This document shows positions 49,623 through 57,995 of a stretch of 64,000 bases of DNA, in pieces (position 1 is the stretch's first letter; each line of letters opens with the position of its first letter). The stretch is taken from NCBI GenBank assembly GCA_044229845.1, contig JBGASG010000008.1, positions 1 through 64,000 of the forward strand. Reading direction: 5' to 3'. The stretch comes from Candidatus Obscuribacteraceae bacterium (GTDB lineage: Bacteria; Cyanobacteriota; Vampirovibrionia; Obscuribacterales; Obscuribacteraceae). The notes beneath the pieces are model-generated. The model ran no database searches and was not told the DNA's origin. It saw only the letters and a list, made by a program, of their open reading frames with translations. The position numbers were made by a program, and so were the translations under genes.

Positions 49623-49744
49623 GTCGACACTGCAGCGACAGCGGTGGGACACCTCTTGATCATGCCTCGTCGGAATCCCACTCCTGGTGCGGTAGTGGCA
49701 CCACGTGCGGTGCCAGCGGATCTAGAAAGATCACTTATCCCGGA
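49623..49744 (+). repeat. attR-like site copy 3
   Basis: GTCGACACTGCAGCGACA 105 bp before core, GCACCACGTGCGGTGC, TAGAAAGATCACTTATCCCGGA. Confidence 0.75.
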
Positions 49745-49839
49745 TCATCGACGCGAGGTCGTCAACATGAATCGATTCGATCGCAGAGCCCCTCCACGCT
49801 CTGTCTCCGCGTAAAAGAGTCTCCGACTCCGCCTACTCC

Positions 49840-50352
49840 GGCAGTAAGCGATGAAACCGGAGGGTAGAAAGGCACGAAAGGTTCGAAGCGTCTAGCCACA
49901 CACAGAAGCTAAGGACCAAGGGGAGACCGGCACGGTCAGCGAAAGCAAATCATCGTACGCTCCGTAATAAGTGAATTGGTGAAAGTGGCTGTCACACCAA
50001 GCCCAAAAGGGAAGCGGGTTGGCTGCTCCACGTCCTGGGATGAGCAGCGAGGAGGCTACATTCCTGCCGGAGTATAGATGGGACCTAAACCGGTCGCTAG
50101 TCATGTTGACGGAACGCGGTAAACCTCATTGGCTCTCGCCCGTTCTGCGAGTAATCGAAGCGCAAGCAACGACTAACGCCCAGGAGGCAACGGATTCTGG
50201 AAGAAGCGAAAGCCTTGCTGGAATGGCAAGGATCGGGCTAAGCTGTTTTTGGCAAATTAAAAGTAGGCCGCGTGGCAGTCGAAAATTAGGCCACCCACCC
50301 ACCGGAGGCGGATGAACAAAGGCATATACGGCAGCTGGGCTGCCGTATATGC
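49840..50352 (+). ncRNA. Group II intron ribozyme remnant (5' domains, ends uncertain)
   Basis: Non-coding, purine-rich, with GGAACGCGGTAAACC and GAAGCGAAAGCCTTGC..GCAAGG motifs reminiscent of DII/DIII; RT fragment about 1 kb downstream. Confidence 0.5.
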
Positions 50353-50581
50353 GATGAGGGTAAGTCAGCGCGAAGCCGAACTCGTAGACAGTTTTTAGTC
50401 AGTCTTTCGCACTTTTTTGCGTCGCAAGCTTTCTTTGAAGCGATAGCTTTCGCTGTTGGCCTCAACGATGTGACAGCGATGATTGAGCCGATCAAGAACC
50501 GCGGCCGTTAGATTTTTGGTCATGAAGGCAGACGACCAATCACCAAATTCTAGGTTGGTCGTGATGATAGTAGAAATGGCC

Positions 50582-51191
50582 CCGGTTTTTTAGGCCAAGC
50601 CAAGAGATAGAAATTGCTACCCCCAAAATGCTGTAATACAGCAATCCAAGAGGAGCAAAAGAACATGCCCAGACCCTTGCGCAAGCACAACGCAGATTTC
50701 AAAGCCAAAGTGGCACTGGCTGCCATCCGCGAAGAAGGCACGCTCGCTGAACTCTCGGCAAAATATGGCGTGCATGCAACCCAGATCAACAAATGGAAAA
50801 AGGCCGTTCTGGATGGCGTACGCGATGTTTTCGATCCAAACTCAAAGTCTGTGCCGAAGGGCATGGTGCCCGAAGATGAGGTGGAAGCGTTGTACAAAAA
50901 AATTGGCAAATTGGAGGTAGAGCGCGATTTTTTGTCACGAGTGCTCGATCGCTGAGTCGAGCAGAGCGCGCCGAGCGAGTGAATAGCCAACATCAACTAT
51001 CCGTCCGTCAGCAGTGCGAGGTCCTGGACCTTAATCGGACCACGCTCTACTACGAGCCAGCAGCCCCAAGCGAAAGCACGCTCGAGCTATTGCGACGCAT
51101 CGACCGAATCTTCACGGATTCGCCGTTCTTTGGTGCGCGCAGAATTCGAGAAGCATTGCGTGATGAAGGGCAAGACGTCAGTTATCTCTGA
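50582..51191 (+). mobile_element. IS3 family remnant (left end, OrfA, truncated OrfB)
   Basis: OrfA 50665-50955; OrfB fragment LSVRQQCEVL.L.R...YY...FFGARRI. Confidence 0.85.
50665..50955 (+). CDS. IS3 family transposase OrfA (HTH)
   Basis: HNADFKAKVALAAI...AELSAKYGVHATQINKWKK...LYKKIGKLEVERDFL. Confidence 0.9.
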   Translation: MPRPLRKHNADFKAKVALAAIREEGTLAELSAKYGVHATQINKWKKAVLDGVRDVFDPNSKSVPKGMVPEDEVEALYKKIGKLEVERDFLSRVLDR

Positions 51192-51330
51192 GATTTCTCA
51201 TGATGCGCTAGCACCAGATGTGGTATCATTCACAACCACTGCGGCGCGTCAAAGAATCCCCGTAAGTGAGCCATGCAACTTCCATCTCTTAGAATCTAGA
51301 ATTTGGCCCGAATGATCGGGGCCACCTCAT

Positions 51331-51711
51331 ATATTCCGCGCAACGCGTGAGCAAAAGTGGAACAAGGTGCGCAGCCTAATGAAACTTATGCTCCGCAGTT
51401 TCTTTAACCTGCTGGTGTCTGTGCGACGGGTGACCGAAAAGAACAAAGGCAAGAAAACTGCCGGAGTAGATCAAGAAGTCGCCCTCACGGCCGAAAGGCG
51501 GACATCGCTGGTTCGAAGCATGGGCAAATACACTCTCTGGAAGGCAAAGCCAACCAGACGGATATACATTCCGAAACCCGGCAAGCCTGGGCAGAAGCGT
51601 CCACTTTCGATACCAACGGTCCGGAATCGCGTGGCGCAGGCGATCGTGAAGAATGCATATGAGCCCTACTGGGAATCTCATTTTGAGAAATCAACGCAGA
51701 TTGAATTTTGA
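51331..51711 (+). pseudogene. Group II intron reverse transcriptase N-terminal fragment
   Basis: IFRA...KVRSL..L...AVRRVT-like, NKGKKTAGVD, RRIYIPK...RPLSIPT.R.R..Q......EP.WE. Confidence 0.88.
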
Positions 51712-51850
51712 AAGTGCTGCTGCGACTGATGGCGATTTACGCAGGATTCATCCTCAGCGCGTGTCAGCGGTTAGCCACTGCGGGGCGGAACCCGGGTGCA
51801 AACATGGATTATCAGTGACGGCGTATGTAGCGGAAGCTATCTACCGAACG

Positions 51851-53764
51851 CTAACCAAGCGATATCTCAATGTTTGCGATGACTGCGTCGCGATACTTCT
51901 GCGATAGATCTTCTGGGAGTCGTGACTGCTCCAGGACTTCATCAATATTTTGTTGAATACTTTTCGCCAGATCTTGCATGATCTGCATGACTCGCTCTTT
52001 GGTGCCGCCCCACCTATCTGCGACAGCCGCGAAGTCCTTGCGCTTTATTTTGTCGTTACGTCCGTTGATTGTGATCGCAAACTTGTCGCCAGCCAGGTAG
52101 ATTCGAGTGTTCACAAGATCGTAGATTGGCGAGTAGGCAATATCAGCAAGCTCAGGGTAGAGACCCAGTTTGCCCGGTCTGAGCCACTTGATCACTGAGA
52201 TGTTTTTTGCATGCAAATCGCCATTTGCAACGAACCACGAGAAAATAAGGTGGCTTAGATAGAGCCAGAGGTCTGCTTCGCTCAGTCTGAGATCGACCAA
52301 TGTCTTCGCTACTCGCTCTGCTGATGTTCCGTATTTGTCTGCGCGCGATAGGTAGAGCAATGACGCGGCGTCCTCTTGCAGCGCCAGCTTTAGGCTGTGG
52401 TGCATCTCTTCCAAGTCTCGCTTGTTCGGTACGTCGTAGCGTTCGATCAAAAGAGCCCGGCCTGGAAAGAGATCAGTTTTGCTAGTTGCGTCAATCATTC
52501 GCACGGTGGCTACATTGAGTCCTGCACGCCGAGCTAGTTCCATGGTGGCCCATTCGTTTTCGACCATATTTGAAAACGTAGGCGACTGGTATTTGATGAT
52601 GTGGCTGCAAGAATTTGCCAGAACTCCAAGTTCGAGCTTGGGCTGCCCCTTTTGCATGCTCAGCGCCACTGGTAATTTTGCCTGGACGCCTGAGACGCGG
52701 ACAGGCCCCTTTGAACCGAGCCTTCGCATGACGTCTTGTAGCGTCTTTTCATCGATGATGCGATCTTCGACTTCAAGGATCGTTTGCGGCGCCGCCGCTA
52801 AATCAGTAAGTTTCAGTTGCAGTGTGTCAAAAGTAATCTCGAATTCTTGCGAGGTCGTTGTTCTGAGAGTCAGATTGGAGAGGTACTTTTGGCTCGTTGC
52901 TAGAAGCGCAAGTTTGTCTTCCTTTGCGATTTTGAAGGTCGCCTGTAGCTGGCTCTCCATCCAGCCTTCGGGCAGCAAGTTCTCGAAAAAGGCTGGCATT
53001 TGTCTCCCCTCGTAAGCCGGTTGAGCTTTGAGCGGCAGCTGGGGAGAGAGTTCAACCTTCCAATTTGGCGAATACTCAAATCGATATTCGCTAGACAATC
53101 CAGCAAGCTGCCCGATCTCCCAACCGTAGAAGTAGACTTGAAATTCGCGGCGCTTGGCGATTTGAACTTTGGAGACGAACTGGTGTTTGTCCATCAGTTC
53201 GGTCAACCGCCAGTATTCCGGCTTTAGATCATTGCGGTTTGCAAATGCCTGGGCGCGTTCGCGATCTGCTTGACCGAGGCTCTGTATCAAATCGAGTAAT
53301 TTCGATTCGGGCAGAGACTTCTCTGCATAAGACTTCGATGCAGAAAGGCACTCAAAGACAGTTTGCAGTGGGCTTGACACGGCTACCTTTATAGCTTGAG
53401 GTTCCTCGTTCAAGCGCGAAGCGATCAGCGTCGGCGCTTGTATCCAATCAACCTCGGGGTATGGCAAATCTCTGTTGCGGCCGATCCTGACTCCCGGCAA
53501 CACAACCGGTGAATGAGTAGCGCTTCTGGAGGAGATGAAAGCAAATCCATTGATCGGGCTGAGGGTCGCTGCCGTGCTGAACGAAAGATGCCAATCGGGA
53601 AACAACCTTGCTATGATCGCTAGTAGGTTGTCTTGAACGACCCGCTCGGGGTCTGCCCCGGGTTCATCGGAGTATATGCCCCGACTGAGAGCAACTAGCT
53701 GGCCGCGGTGCGCAGCTACTCTTAGGGCGTTCTTGTCGTCTGGGGTAGTTCCAATGTAGAGCAT
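51851..53764 (-). CDS. HipA-family kinase toxin with ~200-aa N-terminal extension
   Basis: HipA_N (YRFEY...LSPQLP...FFENLLPEG), SGVQAK, NGDLHAKN, SPIYDL; start 53764 or 53809. Confidence 0.88.
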   Translation of the reverse strand: MLYIGTTPDDKNALRVAAHRGQLVALSRGIYSDEPGADPERVVQDNLLAIIARLFPDWHLSFSTAATLSPINGFAFISSRSATHSPVVLPGVRIGRNRDLPYPEVDWIQAPTLIASRLNEEPQAIKVAVSSPLQTVFECLSASKSYAEKSLPESKLLDLIQSLGQADRERAQAFANRNDLKPEYWRLTELMDKHQFVSKVQIAKRREFQVYFYGWEIGQLAGLSSEYRFEYSPNWKVELSPQLPLKAQPAYEGRQMPAFFENLLPEGWMESQLQATFKIAKEDKLALLATSQKYLSNLTLRTTTSQEFEITFDTLQLKLTDLAAAPQTILEVEDRIIDEKTLQDVMRRLGSKGPVRVSGVQAKLPVALSMQKGQPKLELGVLANSCSHIIKYQSPTFSNMVENEWATMELARRAGLNVATVRMIDATSKTDLFPGRALLIERYDVPNKRDLEEMHHSLKLALQEDAASLLYLSRADKYGTSAERVAKTLVDLRLSEADLWLYLSHLIFSWFVANGDLHAKNISVIKWLRPGKLGLYPELADIAYSPIYDLVNTRIYLAGDKFAITINGRNDKIKRKDFAAVADRWGGTKERVMQIMQDLAKSIQQNIDEVLEQSRLPEDLSQKYRDAVIANIEISLG

Positions 53765-53876
53765 GTAATGATTTCGCGCACAAAATAGGGTTTTCGGGAG
53801 CACTTTCATTACAAGTATACATCATCTGTAATGATTTCGCGCGCCAGAACGATAAACGAAGCGCGATTTCATTACA
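53764..53876. promoter_or_regulatory. Two tandem inverted-repeat operators of the HipA-like gene
   Basis: TGTAATGATTTCGCGC at 53764 and 53827; inverted (GC)GCRMTTTCATTACA-like copies ending 53813 and 53876; TATACT (minus strand) between them. Confidence 0.7.
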
Positions 53877-53960
53877 ACAAATCATACATACGTAACGATA
53901 AATTGAGAAAGCGCGCCATGCTCTTGATTATTCATCAGAGCGTGTTAGTGAGAAATATCG

Positions 53961-54162
53961 CCGGTTTTTTAGGCCAAGCCAAGAGATAGAAATTGCTACC
54001 CCAAAAATGCTGCAATACAGCAATCCAAGAGGAGGCAAAAGAACATGCCCAGACCCTTGCGCAAGCACAACGCAGATTTCAAAGCCAAAGTGGCACTGGC
54101 TGCCATCCGCGAAGAAGGCACGCTCGCTGAACTCTCGGCAAAATATGGCGTGCATGCAACCC
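53961..54162 (+). mobile_element. Second IS3 left-end fragment (near-identical to 50582-50782)
   Basis: About 200-bp near-identical duplicate, truncated after YGVHAT. Confidence 0.85.
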
Positions 54163-54511
54163 TCCGTCGACACCACATCTGGTGGTTAGCTCTAATGGCG
54201 CGCTTGGCAGGCTCTCCGTTGCCTGGACTCCATGGGTAGCGTGAGCCTTGTGTTGTAAGGAAGAAAAAAGCCCCGCCCTTCACCTTGCCAGTTTCTCTTG
54301 ACCGACCGCAAATCGCTTCACAGCGAGTTGAAATGCAGGATGAAACATAATCGACGTTCTAAGTCTGCTATCTGGACAGTTTGAACACCACCCACTCACT
54401 CCTACTCACGTTCTCCTTGTGATATCAGAACAAGCATGCTTCATGCTGGGAATCTCGCCAAGTCTCCGAGCGGACACCATTGTGTGACATGCTGTTCCTG
54501 CTCGCCAGCGG

Positions 54512-54931
54512 CTACTGGCTGGTTGCTGGTAACTGGAGATTGATCACCGGGGCTGTTGTGCCGCCGGCTGCGGGCGCGGGGTATTTTATGGCGTCAAGAC
54601 TATACGTAGCCGTCACTACATTGCTCGACACTCCACCGACAATCGCAATAGCCCGGATCGTTTCCGTCCAGCGCACCACCAGCGGTGCCGTGTAGAGAGA
54701 GCTCGAGCTGGTAGGCGTCGTCCCATCGCGCGTGTACCTTATCTCGCCGTTGTATGGCACCGCTATTGCCACTTGCCTCGGCGCTGCGAACGAACTACCG
54801 CTCGCGACACTGAAAACTGGGTCTCGCGTTACCGCGCATGCTGCCGCGCAAAACCAGATTGAGAATGTGGCTAAACATCCTGCTTGGATTGACTTAGGAA
54901 AACTGAACCGACTCCATATTTTGGCTAGCAT
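54512..54931 (-). CDS. Secreted CHB_HEX_C/Fn3-associated domain protein
   Basis: IRYTRDGTTPTSSSSLYTAPL...TIRAIA...SNVVTATY. Confidence 0.8.
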   Translation of the reverse strand: MLAKIWSRFSFPKSIQAGCLATFSIWFCAAACAVTRDPVFSVASGSSFAAPRQVAIAVPYNGEIRYTRDGTTPTSSSSLYTAPLVVRWTETIRAIAIVGGVSSNVVTATYSLDAIKYPAPAAGGTTAPVINLQLPATSQ

Positions 54932-55113
54932 GGTCTGTCCCGCCTCCTAAATTAGTGATTTGAATCTCGATTTGCTGCTAGAAGTTATATCTGGACATTT
55001 GTCAAAGCCAGGCTGCAGACGCCACTTGTGACGGTGCGTCTACACAATTAGACTAAAACGTGCGAGATTTATATCGCTAAAAGCATGCGCCGGCAATGCG
55101 TGACAACTACGCG

Positions 55114-56133
55114 TCAAACAGATCTGCCGGCGCCGACCGAGAGGCGCTCGATAAATTTGTCCCAGGCTTGGGGATTGACCAGATTGTGCGGTTGTTGGCC
55201 GGAGAAAGCCTTCAATAGCCCATCCACGGCCAGATTAGCCATCGCTGCTCGGGTGGCTGAAGTTGAACTGCCGATATGGGGCGCCAGCACAACGTTGTCC
55301 ATTTCGATCAACTCGCGCGGCACATTCGGTTCGTTCTGAAACACATCCAGTCCAGCACCGGCAATGGTGCCTTCCTTGAGCGCCTGGATGAGAGCCGCCT
55401 CGTCGACAATCGGACCGCGAGCCGTGTTGATCAGAATCGGCCGATGTTTGATCAGCGAAAAGGCGCGCGCGCCCAGAAGACCTCGAGTGTTTGGTGTGAG
55501 CGGACAATGCACGCTGATGAATTCGGACCGCTGCAACAGAGTTGCCAGCGACACATACGTCACCTGCAGCTTTTCCTCCAGCTCTTTGGGAGCGCGGTTT
55601 CGCTGCGTATACAAAATCTCCATATCAAACCCGCGAGCTCGCCGGGCCATTGCTTGCCCGATGCGCCCGAGACCGATGATGCCGAGCACCTTGCCGTGCA
55701 CGTCGGTGCCCAACATCAGATCAGCGGTGAAGCTCTTCCAACGATCTGACCGCACAAATTTGTCGGCTTCGACAATTCGACGAGCCACAGCCAGCATCAG
55801 TGCAAATGCCAGATCGGCAGTGGTGTCATCGAGAACCCCCGGTGTGTTGACCACCGGAATACCGCGCTCCGTAGCCGCCTGCACATCAATGTTGTCGAAG
55901 CCGACGGCCGCATTAGCGATCAACATCAATTTTGGAAGGGCGTGGATCACGTCGGCAGAAAACGAGTTGGGCACCACCGACAGTACTGCATCTTTGTCTC
56001 TCATGTGGGACAGCAAATCTGCTTCCGGCAGTTCGTCCAACTCCCAGGCGTCGACGTCAGCCTGTTCACGCAACCTGTTGACAGCATTCCCTGGATGCTG
56101 CGACGAAACAAACACCTTGGGGCGGACTAGCAT
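55114..56133 (-). CDS. gyaR: D-2-hydroxyacid dehydrogenase (glyoxylate reductase/D-glycerate dehydrogenase)
   Basis: VGFDNID, NTPGVL, GIIGLGRIG, INTARG, LDVF..EP, PHIGS. Confidence 0.9.
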   Translation of the reverse strand: MLVRPKVFVSSQHPGNAVNRLREQADVDAWELDELPEADLLSHMRDKDAVLSVVPNSFSADVIHALPKLMLIANAAVGFDNIDVQAATERGIPVVNTPGVLDDTTADLAFALMLAVARRIVEADKFVRSDRWKSFTADLMLGTDVHGKVLGIIGLGRIGQAMARRARGFDMEILYTQRNRAPKELEEKLQVTYVSLATLLQRSEFISVHCPLTPNTRGLLGARAFSLIKHRPILINTARGPIVDEAALIQALKEGTIAGAGLDVFQNEPNVPRELIEMDNVVLAPHIGSSTSATRAAMANLAVDGLLKAFSGQQPHNLVNPQAWDKFIERLSVGAGRSV

Positions 56134-56134
56134 T

Positions 56135-57790
56135 TTATCTTGCTCCTACGGGCTCCTTGAGAGCTGCCATGTGCTCGGCTATCAGAGATTTCACTGCCGC
56201 AAGCTCAGCATCATAGCGCCGGTCGTCCCAAGACAACAAGACCTTCATAAGTTCGCCCACTCTCGGTGCCGCATCCAGGCATTGCTTGTGGTGCAAAACT
56301 CCCAGCCGCAGGCGACGGAAGAGCAGGTCTTGCAATGAAACGGAAGACTCGAAAGTCACGCAGAAAGCAATTTCAGCCATGATCGCGGGGAAATCAGGGC
56401 AAATGCGCTCGGCGTACGCCGAGTTTCTTTCCACGATATCCACAACCAGTTGCGCGTCGGCGCCATAATTGGACAGCAAGTGTTCGATAATCGCCGGCTC
56501 CAGCGATTGCTTGCGCGCCGACATGCCGATCACCGCGCTGCGCGTCAGGTAATCTTCCTTGTCGGTCCAACCGCCCAGCATCAGGGTCTGCGTGCCGGCC
56601 GGCTTGATTTGACCGCCGCCAGGCAGGCGCAGCAAAATCTTCGCCATCGCTGCTTCGGCAATCACGCGGTAAGTGGTGAGGTCGCCGCCCACCACAGTAA
56701 CTGTGCCGTTGCTCTCCGCCTGCAGGAGCGCGTAGTCTCCGGCGGCGTCGCCACGCCTGGGCGAGCGCGCCAGTGCCCCCACCCCGGCAAAACTGGCGAT
56801 CACGTGCGAGCGCTGCAGCTTCTGCGTCGCAGTATAGCGATTGACGGCGCGCAACAGATAATCGATCTCTTCGGTTGTCGGGACGGGACTCTCGATGTCG
56901 CCATCGAATTTTTCATCGGTGGTACCGATCAAGAGCGCCCGCTGCCATGGCACCACCACCACATAACGCTGATCATCGCTAGGTAGAAGCAGCGCCGTGT
57001 TCGTCTCGAACACCGACGGCGGCACCACAATATGGGTGCTCTTGGACAGCACAAAAGGTTCCGAACCGGCGGCGTCGGCAAGTTTCATCACCCCGTTGCT
57101 CCACGCACCGGCAGCCACTGCGAGCGCCCGTCCGCGCACGGACAATTCAACGCCGTTGTATCTGTCGCGCACCGTCAGCGTATGCAGCCCGCCGGCATGA
57201 TCGTACGCAAAGGCATTCGCCTGACAGTAATTGAGCGCCAACGCACCGCGGTTGCAAGCACTTTTAACCACGTCCAAAACCAATCGCGAATCGTCGGTTG
57301 TGCATTCGCGAAAATTCAGACCGCCGACTACCAAGCTGCGGTCAAGCGCCGGTGCGCGTTCGAAGGTTTCTCTCTGACCAACATGCCGCTGCGCGTGCCG
57401 CCCCATCGGCGCGCCCTGGAGCAGGTCATACATTCCCAGGGCCAGTCCGGCTTTCAAGTTGAAAAGCGGACGATGCTTGCTGAGCGGCAGCACAAAATTG
57501 CTCTCTCGCACCATATGTGGTGCCAGGCGTTCGAGCAAGGACCTCTCCTTGCACAGCTGAACAGTCAGTTCGAGGTTCAGCTGCTCCAGCTGACGCAGCC
57601 CGCCATGGATTAATTTAGTAGTCTTGCTTGAGGCGCCCGAGGCGAAGTCGTCTTTCTCCAGCAAACAGACGGAAAGCCCACGCGATGCCGCATTTTGGGC
57701 GATTCCGGCACCGATTATGCCACCACCGACGATTAGCAGATCAAATTCGGTCGAAACAGCAGCGTCAACGGACTCGGGACGGGTTTTCAT
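56135..57790 (-). CDS. glpD: FAD-dependent glycerol-3-phosphate dehydrogenase/oxidase
   Basis: GGGIIG, DFASGASSKTTKLIHGGLR, DDSRL, IGTTD, DAO C-terminus. Confidence 0.88.
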   Translation of the reverse strand: MKTRPESVDAAVSTEFDLLIVGGGIIGAGIAQNAASRGLSVCLLEKDDFASGASSKTTKLIHGGLRQLEQLNLELTVQLCKERSLLERLAPHMVRESNFVLPLSKHRPLFNLKAGLALGMYDLLQGAPMGRHAQRHVGQRETFERAPALDRSLVVGGLNFRECTTDDSRLVLDVVKSACNRGALALNYCQANAFAYDHAGGLHTLTVRDRYNGVELSVRGRALAVAAGAWSNGVMKLADAAGSEPFVLSKSTHIVVPPSVFETNTALLLPSDDQRYVVVVPWQRALLIGTTDEKFDGDIESPVPTTEEIDYLLRAVNRYTATQKLQRSHVIASFAGVGALARSPRRGDAAGDYALLQAESNGTVTVVGGDLTTYRVIAEAAMAKILLRLPGGGQIKPAGTQTLMLGGWTDKEDYLTRSAVIGMSARKQSLEPAIIEHLLSNYGADAQLVVDIVERNSAYAERICPDFPAIMAEIAFCVTFESSVSLQDLLFRRLRLGVLHHKQCLDAAPRVGELMKVLLSWDDRRYDAELAAVKSLIAEHMAALKEPVGAR

Positions 57791-57995
57791 GAGCTAGATA
57801 TTTATTGTTTCGTGGAGGTTCTTAGCAACTTTAAGATTTGGCCATGAAGGTTGAAGTATTGACCTATCCTTAGGAAAATTGGGCTCTACAGGTCTTTCCA
57901 CAATTATGACCTCTCTGAAGACGGATATCAGCATTGCTCACTTGCAGAATGCAATTTCGGAACGCTCAGCTGCGTCCCTAGGGGTAGAAGGATTC

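Larger units (their letters stand above)
43890..49743 (+). mobile_element. Putative integrative element 2 (decayed, no integrase; carries tip 2, RHH, IS66, parDE remnant)
   Basis: Bounded by 22-bp direct repeat TAGAAAGATCACTTATCCCGGA; same gene order as element 1. Confidence 0.6.

Noticed and set aside
51331..51711. RT as retron, DGR or defence RT acting on RHS tips
   Set aside because: Group II intron-type N-terminal fragment lacking the catalytic YADD; no TR/VR pair with adenine-only differences seen
53764..53876. 16-bp repeats with ~63-bp period resembling a mini-CRISPR
   Set aside because: Only two direct copies, each paired with an inverted copy; no cas genes; fits an operator
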